Shown: positions 17,300 to 28,285, counted from the stretch's first letter. The stretch is 64,000 bases of DNA from an uncultured Mageeibacillus sp. (GCA_964528645.1 CAZGSR010000011.1:405-64404); one strand, 5' to 3'. Made by a program: numbers and translations. Notes: generated from the letters alone by a model not told the origin.

Positions 17300-18874
17300 A
17301 TGAATGTCTACCACCGCCGCCGCAGGCGCACTGCACCGTCTCCCTTTATCCTGTTCCTGGTCCTGGTAATTCTTGTCACTGCCGGGACATTGGCCTACTT
17401 CCGCTTTTTCCGATTCCCCCTCAAGGTGCTGGCAAAAACCCAGACGATTGAGCTGGGCTCAGAAATTCCGGCGGCTGCTTCTGACTATATCGCTGGCAAG
17501 GACGCTGAACTGGCAACAGTCGAGGTCGATACATCGGGTGTGGATGTAGCCAAGGCCGGAAAATACCAAGTCGAGCTGGATTATGAAGGCCGTCGGCGCA
17601 AGGTAACCCTTATCATTACGGATACCGTCGCTCCAAAGGCAACGCTGCGCCGCCAGCCGGTCATCACCGTTCTTGGAAAATCGCTGTCAGCAGACAACCT
17701 GGTCAAAGATGTCGTGGATGCGGCTGAAGTAACCCTGTCGTTTGATGCCAAGGAAATTGTGGATGCCTACAAGCCAACCGAACTCGGCAATTTCGACCTG
17801 GCAATCTTTCTGACTGATGCCTCTGGCAACCAGACCACCTTGCCGCTGCAGATCAAGGTGGTCGAGGCAGACCAGAATCCGCCCCAGTTCACCGGAGTTG
17901 AAGCAGTCCAGCTCGATGTCGGCCAGTCTTTTGACCCACTGGCTGGTGTGACCGCAATGGACGAAATCGACGGCGACCTGACACCGGATATCCAGCTCGA
18001 TGGCGCTGTGGACACCAGCCGCACGGGGGCCATCTCCTTGACCTACACAGTTGCTGATTCCTCTGGCAATGAGGCTCGCATGGTTCGGACGGTCACCGTG
18101 AGCGATCCATTTGCCCATCTTCGCGGATCCAACGTCATCACGATTACAGGCTCTGGGGCCGCCAGCAAACCGCTGCACGCTGTGCTCGAATACCTTGACC
18201 TGGATATCCGCTTCATGGGCATGGTCTACCAGGATCTGACGACAGGCGACGGTTTTGCGATCAATCCGGATAACCAGTACCGCTCGGCCAGCACAGCCAA
18301 GGTTTTCGTCAACATGGCTCTCTACGACGCCATCGACCGCGGCGTCTATGCGCTCGACCAGAAGATCCAGTACGAGTCCTCTGACTTTGAAAGCGGCACC
18401 GGCATCCTGCAGGGCATGGACCTCAAAGTGCCCTATGCACTGAGCACGCTGGCTGATTACGCGGTCATTTATTCCGACAACATCGCCTTCAATATGATCC
18501 GGCGCTTTGTCGGCCGCCAGGAAACCTTTGATTACTATGAGTCGATCATTGGCCACCCGACCAACCGCACCAGCACATCGATGGGTGCTGCAGATGCTGC
18601 TGCCCTGATGAATGAGCTGTACACGTCGGATTCCGCCAATTTCAAGCACATGCTGGACACCATGCGCCAGACCCAGTTCAACGACATGCTACCGCGTTTC
18701 CTGCCCCAGGGCATTGTCGCCCACAAGGTTGGCTTCTACAACACAGTTTATCATGATGTCGGCATCGTCTTCGACGGAGACAAGCCCTATATCCTGACTG
18801 TCTTCTCGGAAGGCCTGACGTACCCCAGCGACAAAATCGCCAACGTCTCCAAGCTGGTCTATGAGAACCGCTGA
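17300..18874 (+). CDS. Membrane-anchored protein with Ig-like repeats and a C-terminal class A beta-lactamase-like serine hydrolase domain
   Basis: It has the TM segment FILFLVLVILVTAGTLAYF and Ig-like segments (for example VTAMDEIDGDLTPDIQLDGAVDTSRTGAISLTYTVADSSGNEA). The hydrolase motifs are S-x-x-K (SASTAKV), S-D-N (YSDNIAFN) and a K-x-G variant (AHKVG). Confidence 0.7.
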   Translation: MNVYHRRRRRTAPSPFILFLVLVILVTAGTLAYFRFFRFPLKVLAKTQTIELGSEIPAAASDYIAGKDAELATVEVDTSGVDVAKAGKYQVELDYEGRRRKVTLIITDTVAPKATLRRQPVITVLGKSLSADNLVKDVVDAAEVTLSFDAKEIVDAYKPTELGNFDLAIFLTDASGNQTTLPLQIKVVEADQNPPQFTGVEAVQLDVGQSFDPLAGVTAMDEIDGDLTPDIQLDGAVDTSRTGAISLTYTVADSSGNEARMVRTVTVSDPFAHLRGSNVITITGSGAASKPLHAVLEYLDLDIRFMGMVYQDLTTGDGFAINPDNQYRSASTAKVFVNMALYDAIDRGVYALDQKIQYESSDFESGTGILQGMDLKVPYALSTLADYAVIYSDNIAFNMIRRFVGRQETFDYYESIIGHPTNRTSTSMGAADAAALMNELYTSDSANFKHMLDTMRQTQFNDMLPRFLPQGIVAHKVGFYNTVYHDVGIVFDGDKPYILTVFSEGLTYPSDKIANVSKLVYENR

Positions 18875-18896
18875 TTCATGCAAAGGAGCACCGTCC

Positions 18897-19181
18897 ATGT
18901 ACATCAAAAACGTCGTCCTCTACATTGATAGAGCGCATGTCGCGGAATTCATCGCTGCAACACGAGAAAACCAGGCCCATTCGCTGCAGGAGCCTGGCAT
19001 GGTCAGTTTCGAATTTTTCCAACATGAGGAAGATGAAACCCGCTTCCTGCTCCATGAGAAATATTTGTACCGCGAAGCAACGGCCGAGCATATGCAGACC
19101 GAGCATTACCAGAAATGGATCACTCTGGTCCGGCCCTGGTTTCTCCAACCAGTCGACCGGACCTTGTACCAGACAGTCTAG
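18897..19181 (+). CDS. Antibiotic-biosynthesis-monooxygenase (ABM) domain protein
   Basis: The ATG at 18897 follows AAGGAG. The ~94-aa protein reads IKNVVLYIDRAHVAEFIAATRENQAHSLQEPGMVSFEFFQHEEDETRFLLHEKYLYREATAEHMQTEHY, typical of the ferredoxin-like ABM fold. Confidence 0.65.
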   Translation: MYIKNVVLYIDRAHVAEFIAATRENQAHSLQEPGMVSFEFFQHEEDETRFLLHEKYLYREATAEHMQTEHYQKWITLVRPWFLQPVDRTLYQTV

Positions 19182-20143
19182 ACTGGAAACAGGATCTGTG
19201 CGGCGTAGATCACAGCGATCAGCGTCAACGCACTCAACACAGTGGTGATCATGACCACCTGGGCTGCAAAGTCCGGGTGGTTTTTGCATTCCACGGCAAT
19301 CAGGGCACTGTTGACGGCAGTCGGGACAGCGGTGGAAATGAAGAGGGTCTGGGCCACGACACCGGATAGACCGAACACGTGGATCAAGCCATAGACGAGC
19401 ACAGGTCCGAGCACCAGGCGGGAAACTGTCGCCAGCCAGGCGTCGCCCGTGACTCGGTGCAGCTTCTGGGTCCGGGCCAGCTGGACACCCAGGGTCAGAA
19501 GAGCGATCGGCACCAAGGCGTTTTTCAGGTAATTCAGAACCACCCAGACGGGCGTCTGTGCCAAGTCCAGAGGGGCCAGTTTAAAAAGCAAGGCCAGGGG
19601 AACGGTGTAGACTGTCGGCATGCGGAAAATCGACCGCAGCGAATCACGCCAGTGGCGGTTGGCGCTGCCGGCTGTGAAAAAGCCCAGGGTGTTGATCGAG
19701 AGGTTCTGGACCAGAAGGACCATGACCTGGGTGGCCAGGGCGACATCAAGGTACGGATTGCGCCCGCCCATGGACAGGGCGCCCGTGCTGTATACCAGGG
19801 TGATCAGCGGGATACCGATATTTCCGGAATTGTAATAAGCGATGCTGTTCTGGAAAGCGATGGCCATGCCGGAGGACATTCGGCGCAGGCGGGCTAAAAG
19901 CCAGCCCGGAGCCAGATTGGCGAAAAGGATCAAAAGGGCAATCGCTAGTGCCTTGAGCGAGTCCAGGCCAATCGCGGTCTGGTAGAGATTGACGAAAGTG
20001 AAGGACGGGACAAACAGGTAGAAATTGAACTTGGTCAGAGTGTTGATATCGACCGGAAATTGGCGCGAGAGGCCGAAGCCCAGGCTGATCAGGATGAAGA
20101 TCGGCAGGATGTTCTGGACAAAGATCGCAAGGACAACAGTCAA
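19178..20143 (-). CDS. AEC-family (auxin efflux carrier) transporter
   Basis: The 321-aa protein has about 10 TM segments and the N-terminus MTVVLAIFVQNILPIFILISLGFGLSRQ, typical of AEC permeases. Confidence 0.8.
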   Translation of the reverse strand: MTVVLAIFVQNILPIFILISLGFGLSRQFPVDINTLTKFNFYLFVPSFTFVNLYQTAIGLDSLKALAIALLILFANLAPGWLLARLRRMSSGMAIAFQNSIAYYNSGNIGIPLITLVYSTGALSMGGRNPYLDVALATQVMVLLVQNLSINTLGFFTAGSANRHWRDSLRSIFRMPTVYTVPLALLFKLAPLDLAQTPVWVVLNYLKNALVPIALLTLGVQLARTQKLHRVTGDAWLATVSRLVLGPVLVYGLIHVFGLSGVVAQTLFISTAVPTAVNSALIAVECKNHPDFAAQVVMITTVLSALTLIAVIYAAQILFPV

Positions 20144-20188
20144 GGTGATACTCTTTTCCGAAAATCGCAGTTAGTGGTCAAACAGTCG

Positions 20189-21319
20189 TTAGCAGTCAAA
20201 CAGGCGCTGGAACCGCATCAGGGAGTCGATCGTCAGGGCCAGGTTCTCTTTGCTGTGATGGCGCGATTCTTCAAATGGAATGGCTGCGCGATTGATGGAG
20301 AAAATCGCGCTGACCCCTAGATCATACGCTTTTTCAGCTTCTTCGCCAATCGCGCCGACGATGACCAGTACAGGCACCGACTGCTTCCTGGCCCGATCAG
20401 CGATACCGGCGACGACTTTGCCGCGCAGGCTCTGGCCATCGATCTTGCCTTCGCCAGTGATGACCAGATCGGCCCCGGCAAGCTGCTTTTCGAATTCGAC
20501 CAGATCGAGCACTGACTGGATGCCGGATTTTAATTTACCGCCGCAGAAAGCGACGATCCCGGCCCCCATCGCACCAGCTGCACCTGCCCCGGGCAAGTGA
20601 CTGACATCGAGGCCGAGATCGCGTTCGATCACGTCAGCCAGGTGCTGGAGGTTATCATCGAGTTCCGCAACCATGTCCGGATCAGCCCCTTTTTGCGGGG
20701 AGAAGACATAAGCGGCACCTTCGGGACCATACATGGGATTATCAATGTCGCACATGGCGGTCACATGACAGTGCGCCAGCAGGGTGCGTGCTGCGCTGAC
20801 ATCGATGGCATGAACACGTGAGAGTGTGCCGCCGGTCGGAATAAACGCCTTGCCGGCCTGGTCCAGGAAACGCACCCCAAGGGCTGCGGCAGCGCCGGTG
20901 CCAGCGTCATTGGTGCAGCTGCCGCCCAGTCCGATCACGATCTCGGTGCAGCCGTTCTGGATGGCATGCAAGATCAGTTCGCCCGTGCCGAAGGTTGTGG
21001 TCAAAGCAGGATTACGCCGGTCTTCGACCAGAGGGAGTCCGGCGGTCTGGGCCATCTCGATGATCGCGGTCTGGCTGTGACGGGCATAGCGGGCAGTCAG
21101 GGGCTCGAAATAGGGACCTTTCACAACGACTTCGACCGGCTCGGCTGCGATGGCCTCGACAAAACAGTCGATGGTGCCCTCGCCGCCATCCGCAACCGGG
21201 ATGGTGATGGTTTCACAGGCAGGATAAAATGCCTGGACACGTTCGGCTATGATCTGGCACACGTCGAGTGAACTCATCGTGCCTTTGAAAGAATCGGGCA
21301 TGATCACACATTTTTTCAT
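20189..21319 (-). CDS. glxK: Glycerate kinase
   Basis: The ATG at 21319 follows GAGGTGG. It begins MKKCVIMPDSFKGTMSSLDVCQ and contains PVADGGEGT, GLGGSCTNDAGTG and LVITGEGKIDGQS, which are glycerate kinase family motifs. Confidence 0.9.
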   Translation of the reverse strand: MKKCVIMPDSFKGTMSSLDVCQIIAERVQAFYPACETITIPVADGGEGTIDCFVEAIAAEPVEVVVKGPYFEPLTARYARHSQTAIIEMAQTAGLPLVEDRRNPALTTTFGTGELILHAIQNGCTEIVIGLGGSCTNDAGTGAAAALGVRFLDQAGKAFIPTGGTLSRVHAIDVSAARTLLAHCHVTAMCDIDNPMYGPEGAAYVFSPQKGADPDMVAELDDNLQHLADVIERDLGLDVSHLPGAGAAGAMGAGIVAFCGGKLKSGIQSVLDLVEFEKQLAGADLVITGEGKIDGQSLRGKVVAGIADRARKQSVPVLVIVGAIGEEAEKAYDLGVSAIFSINRAAIPFEESRHHSKENLALTIDSLMRFQRLFDC

Positions 21320-21679
21320 GGCTTCCACCTCGAGATCATTATAGGGGATGTGAGGGCCCGCTTTCCATGGACAAAGGCACGGAAGATGAGGCATGCCGTT
21401 CCGCGTCTTTTCCAATCATTCAATTTATGAAACAATCATTGCGAATGTTAACCTGGATGGAAAGAATAACGGATATTACTGCAACAAATGAAATGAATTG
21501 GCGCGGATGTGAAAGGCTAGGTTTCATATTCTGAACAACCGGCCGGACTTGACAAACCAGGGCGGGAAAATCGGGAGCATTGTCAATAGTCACGCCAAGT
21601 GGCGAGCGCTATGATCAGGCTATCAAGCAACACATGAAGCGAACACGAAACCGGAAAACGCAAAACAGATAGAAGAAAG

Positions 21680-22579
21680 ATGGTGGATCATTTGAAACTC
21701 GGATTTATCGGACTCGGCATCATGGGCAAACCCATGAGCAAGAACTTGATCAAGGCTGGCCACGAACTGGTCGTCTGCGATTTCAACCAGAACAGCGTCA
21801 CCGAACTGGTCGCCCTGGGCGCCAAATCAGCTCCGGACGGCGCGGCCGTCGCCAAGGAATGTGACGTTATCATCACCATGCTGCCCAATTCCCCCCATGT
21901 CCGCTCGGTCGCCCTCGGCGAAAACGGCATCTCCGACACGGCCAAGGCTGGCACGGTTGTGATCGACATGAGCTCGATCGACCCCGTCGAAAGCAAGGCG
22001 ATCGGCGCCAAGCTCCAGGAAAAAGGGATCGAACTGATGGACGCACCGGTCAGTGGCGGCGAGCCAAAAGCCATCGACGGCACACTCTCCGTCATGGTCG
22101 GTGGCAACAAGGCCACGTTCGATACATTTTATGATGTGCTCAAGGCCATGGCCGGTTCCGTTGTCTATGTCGGTGAGCTCGGCGCTGGAAACATTGCCAA
22201 GCTGGCTAACCAGATCGTCGTGGCCCTTAACATCTCCGCTGTCGCCGAAGCACTGACTTTCGCCCAGAAAGCCGGCGCCAGCCCGGATCTCGTCTATCAG
22301 GCAATCCGTGGTGGCCTGGCAGGATCGACCGTCATGGATGCCAAGGCTCCCCTGATGATGGACAGAAGGTTCGCCCCGGGTTTCCGCATCGAACTGCACA
22401 TCAAGGACCTCAACAATGCCCTCAATGCCGGTCATGCCGTCAGCGCCCCCCTGCCGTTGACCGCCCAGGCGATGGAAATGATGCAAGTGCTCAAGGCCCA
22501 TGGCTTTGAGAAGGAAGATCATTCCAGCCTCGTCCGCTACTATGAGAAGATTTCCGGTATTGAACTGTCCCGCGATTGA
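21680..22579 (+). CDS. garR: 2-hydroxy-3-oxopropionate (tartronate semialdehyde) reductase-like NAD(P) dehydrogenase
   Basis: It has the Rossmann motif LGFIGLGIMGKPMSKNL and the motifs DAPVSGG and GAGNIAKLANQ, typical of the 3-hydroxyisobutyrate dehydrogenase/GarR family. It sits beside gudD and glxK. Confidence 0.8.
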   Translation: MVDHLKLGFIGLGIMGKPMSKNLIKAGHELVVCDFNQNSVTELVALGAKSAPDGAAVAKECDVIITMLPNSPHVRSVALGENGISDTAKAGTVVIDMSSIDPVESKAIGAKLQEKGIELMDAPVSGGEPKAIDGTLSVMVGGNKATFDTFYDVLKAMAGSVVYVGELGAGNIAKLANQIVVALNISAVAEALTFAQKAGASPDLVYQAIRGGLAGSTVMDAKAPLMMDRRFAPGFRIELHIKDLNNALNAGHAVSAPLPLTAQAMEMMQVLKAHGFEKEDHSSLVRYYEKISGIELSRD

Positions 22580-22617
22580 GTCCATAGGATTCCTCACGAA
22601 TTAAAAGGAAGTAGACG

Positions 22618-23943
22618 ATGACACCTGTTATTACCCAAATGGAAGTGTTCCCGGTAGCCGGCAAGGACGCCATGCTCCTGAACCTCTCGGGAGCGCATGC
22701 CCCCTATTTCACCCGCAACATCGTCCTCCTCACCGACAGCACCGGCGCCGTGGGCGCCGGTGAAGTCCCGGGCGGACAGAAAATCACCGCGGCCCTCGAG
22801 CAGGTCATTCCGCTGGTCGTCGGTACCTCGATCGGAGACTACAAGAACACCCTGCTCAAAGTCCGCGATAGCCTGCAGGGCCAGGAAGACGACGTGCGTG
22901 GTCAGCAGACCTTTGACCTGCGCACCGGCGTCCATGTCGTGACCGCGATCGAAGCCCCGCTTCTGGATCTGCTCGGCCAGTACCTCGGTGTCCCGGCTGC
23001 CGCTCTGCTCGGTGAAGGCCAGCAGCGCGACAAGGTCCGCATGCTCAGCTACCTGTTCTATGTCGGCGACCGCAACAAGACCGACCTGCCCTATCACAGC
23101 GATCCGAACGGTTCCTGTGATTGGTACCGTCTGCGCCATGAGGAAGCCCTGACCCCGGAAGCGATTGTCGAACTGGCTCGGGCGACCCGCGAGAAATACG
23201 GCTTTTCCGACTTCAAGCTCAAGGGCGGCGTCCTGGCAGGTGCGGAGGAAATGAAAGCGATCCGCGCCCTCAAGGCAGCCTTCCCGGATTCCCGGATCAC
23301 CCTCGATCCCAACGGCGGCTGGCTCCTGAAAGATGCCATCGAACTGTGCAAGGACATGCACGGCATCCTGACGTATTGTGAAGATCCCTGCGGCGCTGAA
23401 GGCGTGTTCTCCGGCCGCGAAATCCTGGCTGAGTTCCGCCGCGCCACCGGCCTGCCGACCGCAACCAACATGATCGCCACCGACTGGCGCGAAATGGCGC
23501 ATTCAGTCGCCCTGCAGTCAGTCGATATCCCGCTGGCGGACCCGCATTTCTGGACCATGTCCGGTTCGGTCCAGGTCGGCCAGATGTGCCACAACTTCGG
23601 TCTGACCTGGGGCTGCCACTCCAACAACCACTTTGACATCTCCCTGGCCATGGTCGTCCACACCGCTGCTGCCGTTCCCGGCCAGCTCAATGCGATCGAC
23701 ACCCACTGGATCTGGCAGGAAGGCCTCGAGCGCCTGACCAAAGAACCGATGCCGATCGTCGATGGATGCATCGCCGTGCCGCAGAAAGGCGGACTCGGGA
23801 TCGAGATCGACCGCGCCCAGATCGAAAAGGCTCATCAGGTCTATCTCGACAACTGCCTCGGCGCCCGTAACGATGCCATCGGCATGCAGTACCTGATCCC
23901 GGGCTGGACCTTCAACCCGAAAAAACCGTGCCTGGTCCGGTGA
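22618..23943 (+). CDS. gudD: Glucarate dehydratase (enolase superfamily)
   Basis: The 441-aa protein begins [41 protein letters not shown] and contains [15 protein letters not shown] and ATNMIATDW, typical of GudD. Confidence 0.9.
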   Translation: MTPVITQMEVFPVAGKDAMLLNLSGAHAPYFTRNIVLLTDSTGAVGAGEVPGGQKITAALEQVIPLVVGTSIGDYKNTLLKVRDSLQGQEDDVRGQQTFDLRTGVHVVTAIEAPLLDLLGQYLGVPAAALLGEGQQRDKVRMLSYLFYVGDRNKTDLPYHSDPNGSCDWYRLRHEEALTPEAIVELARATREKYGFSDFKLKGGVLAGAEEMKAIRALKAAFPDSRITLDPNGGWLLKDAIELCKDMHGILTYCEDPCGAEGVFSGREILAEFRRATGLPTATNMIATDWREMAHSVALQSVDIPLADPHFWTMSGSVQVGQMCHNFGLTWGCHSNNHFDISLAMVVHTAAAVPGQLNAIDTHWIWQEGLERLTKEPMPIVDGCIAVPQKGGLGIEIDRAQIEKAHQVYLDNCLGARNDAIGMQYLIPGWTFNPKKPCLVR

Positions 23944-23957
23944 GAGGAGCTGACAGA

Positions 23958-24848
23958 ATGAAATTCAAACCACAGGGAATTATCCCGCCGATCGTCACCC
24001 CCCTGACCGCTGCCGGCCATTTCAATGAAAAGGTTTTCCGCCAGCTGATCGAGCACCTGATCGAACAAGGCGTCCACGGTATCTTTCCGCTCGGTACAAC
24101 CGGCGAGTTCTATGCCTTCGACAATGAAGAAGCCCGTCAAATTTTCAAAGTTGCTGTCGATGCCTGCGCCGGTCGTGTCCCGGTCTATGCCGGCGCCAAC
24201 CACATCACCACCCGCGGCGTGGTCGAAATTGCCAAAATTGCCGAGGATTGTGGTGCAGCGGCCCTGTCGGTTCTGACCCCACTCTTCATTTCCCAGACCC
24301 AGGCGGAGTTGTATGACTTTTATGCGACGATCGCCAGCAAAACGAGTCTGCCAGTTATCATCTACAACAACAAGCCCAAGACCAATGTCGGTGTCGATCC
24401 GGAAACGGTGGCCAAGCTGGCCCAGATCGACAACATCATTGGGGTCAAGGATAGCACGGGTGATTTCACCAACTCGGCCGAGTACCTGCGCCTGACCCAG
24501 GGCAATGAAAACTTCCACGTCCTGCTGGGCCGCGACACCCTGATCTACGCTGGCCTTTGCCACGGTGCCTCCGGTGCCATCGCCTCGACCGCCAATGTCG
24601 CACCTCGGGTTGCCGCTGACATCTACGACCGCTTCATGGCTGGCGACCACGCCGGAGCCCTGGCCGCCCAGTTCAAACTGGCGCCGCTGCGCATCGCGAC
24701 CAACATGGGCACCTTCCCCCAGGTCATCAAGGAAGGCCTGGTCATGCAAGGCTTTGACGTCGGTAAGTGTCTCGAGCCAATCGCCGAACTCCTGCCCGAC
24801 CAGAAAGAGAAGCTGAAGAAAGTTCTTCTGGACATGCAGCTGATCTGA
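23958..24848 (+). CDS. DapA/NAL-family class I aldolase or dehydratase (candidate 5-dehydro-4-deoxyglucarate enzyme)
   Basis: The ATG at 23958 follows GAGGAG. It contains GIIPPIVTPL, PLGTTGEFYAF and the Schiff-base lysine context IIGVKDSTGD. It immediately follows gudD. Confidence 0.8.
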   Translation: MKFKPQGIIPPIVTPLTAAGHFNEKVFRQLIEHLIEQGVHGIFPLGTTGEFYAFDNEEARQIFKVAVDACAGRVPVYAGANHITTRGVVEIAKIAEDCGAAALSVLTPLFISQTQAELYDFYATIASKTSLPVIIYNNKPKTNVGVDPETVAKLAQIDNIIGVKDSTGDFTNSAEYLRLTQGNENFHVLLGRDTLIYAGLCHGASGAIASTANVAPRVAADIYDRFMAGDHAGALAAQFKLAPLRIATNMGTFPQVIKEGLVMQGFDVGKCLEPIAELLPDQKEKLKKVLLDMQLI

Positions 24849-25012
24849 TCCCATTTCCCCTTTGGTAGCTGGAGGCGGCTGAATATCGATCGGGACTGCG
24901 AACGCGTTCATTCGCCTCTGACTATAAACCCTGGCAAACCCAGTAACCCTCCCTTGGGATTTGCATGAGTACCCCCACATCGTCCATGTCTCAAAAAGTG
25001 AAGGAGAAGCGT

Positions 25013-26116
25013 ATGAAAAAAACATTAGCACTGATTCTCGTTCTGACTTTTGCTGTCGCCTTGGTTGCCGGCTGTGCCAGCACCTCTGCAACAACAGCAG
25101 CTCCGGCTGCAACAAAGGCTGGTGAAACGACCGCTGCCACGACCGCTGCCCCAACTGAGCCGGCTGCCACCTTCAAAGGCCAGGACATCCGTGTCGTCAT
25201 TGGCTCAACCTCGACCACAGCTGACACTTACATGAACACCGAAACAGCCTGGCGCTACCTGTCCAAGGAACTGGGTGCTAACTACAAGGTTGACCCGGTC
25301 GGCGCCGGTGCAGCTTATGAGGCTCTGGCCACTGCCAAACCCGACGGTTCACTCGTCGAAGAATTCCATGACATGATGTACATTGGTGTCATGTCCGGTG
25401 CCTTCGATCCCAAATATGCCCTGGAAAATTTCGTTGTCGGCCCTCGCCTCTCCATGAACAATGGATCCTGCTTTGCCGCCAAAAAAGACGCTCCTTACAA
25501 CGACATGAAGGAAATGGCTGAATACCTGAAGGCCAACCCGACCGTTACCTTGCGTCTGGCCGTTGAAGCTGGCAGCGTCTCCCACGTCGCTTTCGTAGCC
25601 TACTATGAATGGCTCGTTGGTGCTTACGGCCAGGACGTCGCCGATCGCATTAAAGTTCTGGCTCTCGGTTCGACCAGTGATAAGCTGCAGGCCATGTGGG
25701 ATGGCAATGTCGACGTGATCTTTGCCGACTACAACACCATGCTCCAGTACACGGAAGAGGGCGTGGACGCCCAGCTCGCAGCCAAGATTATTGCCCTGCT
25801 CGCCGATCTGCCGGGCGTGGATCTGCCGACCTATGCCAGCCTCGGGATCACCATCGATGGCAAGCCCTTCTCATTCTCCAAAGACTTCTTTGTCTTCCTG
25901 CCGAAAGGCGCTCCAGCTTCCCTCCTGGCTGAACTCGACAAAGCAGCCGAAGCGATCTGCAACAATCCTGAATTCCAGGCTGACATGGAAAAAATGAAAT
26001 TCACCCCTGCCTACCTCTCTTCTGCCGATGCCCAGAAGTATCTGTATGAAAAACGTGACAGCTCAAAAGCTTTGATCGAACGTTCACCCTCCCTGGATGA
26101 CCTGACAGCTCAATAA
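25013..26116 (+). CDS. tctC: Tripartite tricarboxylate transporter (TTT) substrate-binding lipoprotein, TctC/Bug family
   Basis: The ATG at 25013 follows GAAGGAG. It has the lipobox LVAGCAS and an Ala/Thr-rich linker. It is followed by tctB-like and tctA-like genes. Confidence 0.8.
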   Translation: MKKTLALILVLTFAVALVAGCASTSATTAAPAATKAGETTAATTAAPTEPAATFKGQDIRVVIGSTSTTADTYMNTETAWRYLSKELGANYKVDPVGAGAAYEALATAKPDGSLVEEFHDMMYIGVMSGAFDPKYALENFVVGPRLSMNNGSCFAAKKDAPYNDMKEMAEYLKANPTVTLRLAVEAGSVSHVAFVAYYEWLVGAYGQDVADRIKVLALGSTSDKLQAMWDGNVDVIFADYNTMLQYTEEGVDAQLAAKIIALLADLPGVDLPTYASLGITIDGKPFSFSKDFFVFLPKGAPASLLAELDKAAEAICNNPEFQADMEKMKFTPAYLSSADAQKYLYEKRDSSKALIERSPSLDDLTAQ

Positions 26117-26224
26117 ATGATGCTGGCCATGTTATCCTACCGGTAAGCATCCGGATGTTGGGGGCGGGCTCTGCCCGTCCCCAATGGATCCTCTGTCCCC
26201 TGATTTTCCGAAAGAGAGCCTGTT

Positions 26225-26635
26225 ATGGATGATTTGCTAAAGGTTTCAATCAAACACTCGACAAACCATTTAGTTTTTCCCAGAATCATTCTGGGTATTC
26301 TGGTCGTTTTCTTGGTGATCCTCCTGGTCCAGGCGATCCAGAAATCGGTTAAGACCAAAACACACCTGCTTCAGTTCAGAGGCAAACGTTTCTTTATTGA
26401 AGATTTTGATAAACTTAAACTTTTCGGCACCGTGATCCTGCTAGCCCTGTATGCTTTTGCCATGCCGCGCATCGGGTTTATCGTTTCCGGCATCCTGTTC
26501 ATTTCGCTGTTCCATATTCTTTTTGTCAGCCGCAGGGATCTGAAAAATATTGCCATTTCTGTCGGCATCTCTTCTGTGGAAACCGTTGCAATCTGGTTGA
26601 TTTTCAGCCAGTTGCTTAATGTCACATTGCCCTGA
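26225..26635 (+). CDS. tctB: TTT small membrane subunit TctB-like
   Basis: This 136-aa, 4-TM protein lies between the tctC-like and tctA-like genes. Confidence 0.65.
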   Translation: MDDLLKVSIKHSTNHLVFPRIILGILVVFLVILLVQAIQKSVKTKTHLLQFRGKRFFIEDFDKLKLFGTVILLALYAFAMPRIGFIVSGILFISLFHILFVSRRDLKNIAISVGISSVETVAIWLIFSQLLNVTLP

Positions 26636-26651
26636 AAGGAGGGGATGAATC

Positions 26652-28154
26652 ATGATTACTATTGGTCTGATCCAATTCGGCGTGCTCCAGCTCGTCATGG
26701 CCCTCCTAGGTGTTGTCATCGGCATTATCTTTGGATCCCTGCCGGGAATGACAGCTACCATGGCTGTGGCAATTTTTCTGCCCATCACCTACGCCTATGA
26801 CCTGCATACCTCAATCTTCCTGCTGATTGGCCTATATATTGGCGGCATCAGCGGTGGCTTGATCCCGGCTATCCTGATCAACATTCCTGGGACACCGGCC
26901 TCGATCACGACTGGTTTTGATGGCCACCCGATGGCCAAACGTGGAGAAGGCGTCCGTGCACTGAAAATCGGCATCACAGCCTCCTTTTTCGGCGGCATCA
27001 TCAGTTTGGTCGCGCTGGCCCTTTTCACCCCTATGCTGGCCAGGCTCGCGATTAAATTCGGTGCGATTGAAAAATTCCTGATCATCCTGTTTGCTATGAC
27101 TGTCATCGCCTCACTCTCGCGCGGTGCCATGACCAAAGGCGTTTTTGCTGGATTCCTTGGCGTGTTCGTTTCACTGATCGGTGTCTATGAAGGCAACCAG
27201 ACGATCCGGCTGCTCCCCGAGTTTTTGAAAACGCCCCTGCGGGAAGGCTTCCAGCTCCTGCCGGTCCTGATTGGGCTGTTCGCTTTTGCCCAGCTGTTTG
27301 AAACCGCTGAAGCGGGCATGAAAAATTCGATAGTTGATAAAAATCTGCTGGCCAGCAAAGAAACTCGCAAATTCAGCATCAAGGATTTCAAGGGCCATGT
27401 TATCAATGTGTTCCGTTCCGGCCTGATCGGAACCTTCCTGGGCATCTTGCCTGGCGTCGGTGGATCAGCCGCCTCACTGATGTCCTATTCCCAGTGCAAA
27501 TCCTGGAGCAAGCATCCGGAAAAGTTGGGTACGGGTGAGCCAGAGGGCCTGATCGCCAGCGAAACAGCCAATAATGGCCTGACCGGTGGCGCACTTGTTC
27601 CGTTGCTCTCCCTCGGTATTCCAGGTGACTCGACTACTGCCGTTCTCGTTGGTGCATTTGTTTTGCAGGGCGTCCAGGTTGGCCCTCTGTTCATCAGCAA
27701 GAATCCGGATATCTGGTACACGATTCTGTTCGCGGTCCTCGTCGCCAATATCCTGATGTTTGTCTCCATGTTCTATCCGGTCAAGTTCCTGGCCAACATC
27801 ATCAAACTGCCTTACAGCAAGCTCTATCCGGCAATCATCATTCTCAGCGTCGTTGGCGCCTTTTCCGCTCGCAGCGGCAACATGGTTGACGTCTGGACCA
27901 TGCTGTTCTTTGGCCTGGTCGGCTACATCTTCAACAAGATCGGCTTGCCGATGACAACCTTCCTGATCGGTTTCATTCTCGGCCGTGACCTGGAAAAGTA
28001 TTTCATGGACTCCATGAAGGGCAACAGCGGATATTTATCTGCATTCTTCTCCCGTCCCATCGGTAATGCGATCTGGGTTCTGATCATCCTCTTCCTGGCC
28101 TATGCCTTCTATGACAACCGGAAGCACCATAAACAGATGAAAAAGGCGGCCTAG
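26652..28154 (+). CDS. tctA: TTT large membrane subunit TctA
   Basis: The 500-aa polytopic protein has GIIFGSLPGMTATMAVAIFLP and GILPGVGGSAASLMSYS, characteristic of TctA. Confidence 0.9.
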   Translation: MITIGLIQFGVLQLVMALLGVVIGIIFGSLPGMTATMAVAIFLPITYAYDLHTSIFLLIGLYIGGISGGLIPAILINIPGTPASITTGFDGHPMAKRGEGVRALKIGITASFFGGIISLVALALFTPMLARLAIKFGAIEKFLIILFAMTVIASLSRGAMTKGVFAGFLGVFVSLIGVYEGNQTIRLLPEFLKTPLREGFQLLPVLIGLFAFAQLFETAEAGMKNSIVDKNLLASKETRKFSIKDFKGHVINVFRSGLIGTFLGILPGVGGSAASLMSYSQCKSWSKHPEKLGTGEPEGLIASETANNGLTGGALVPLLSLGIPGDSTTAVLVGAFVLQGVQVGPLFISKNPDIWYTILFAVLVANILMFVSMFYPVKFLANIIKLPYSKLYPAIIILSVVGAFSARSGNMVDVWTMLFFGLVGYIFNKIGLPMTTFLIGFILGRDLEKYFMDSMKGNSGYLSAFFSRPIGNAIWVLIILFLAYAFYDNRKHHKQMKKAA

Positions 28155-28285
28155 AACCCGCGCAATTCATGGTCGGTTGCTGATTGTTCGCATCTATCTG
28201 TTTGCTCATGTTAGACCCTTCCAGGATCACGGTCAGACCTGTGTGATTTTGGAGGGGTTTTCTCACTCGATCGAGGTAAGACCGT

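Noticed and set aside
21416-21679. A sigma-54 (-24/-12) promoter for the sugar-acid operon; I also checked 24849-25012 and 28155-28285.
   Set aside because: The best partial matches are TGGCGCGGATGTGAAA near 21505 and CTGGCAAACCCAGTAAC near 24935. Both lack the TTGC -12 element at the correct spacing. This is consistent with the regulator having lost its GAFTGA loop.
23841-25154. A 437-aa minus-strand ORF spanning the gudD end, the DapA-family gene and the tctC start.
   Set aside because: It is antisense to three well-supported plus-strand genes. The translation is low-complexity and Arg/Gly/Gln/Asp-rich with no motif or SD. This is a typical shadow ORF in GC-rich coding DNA.
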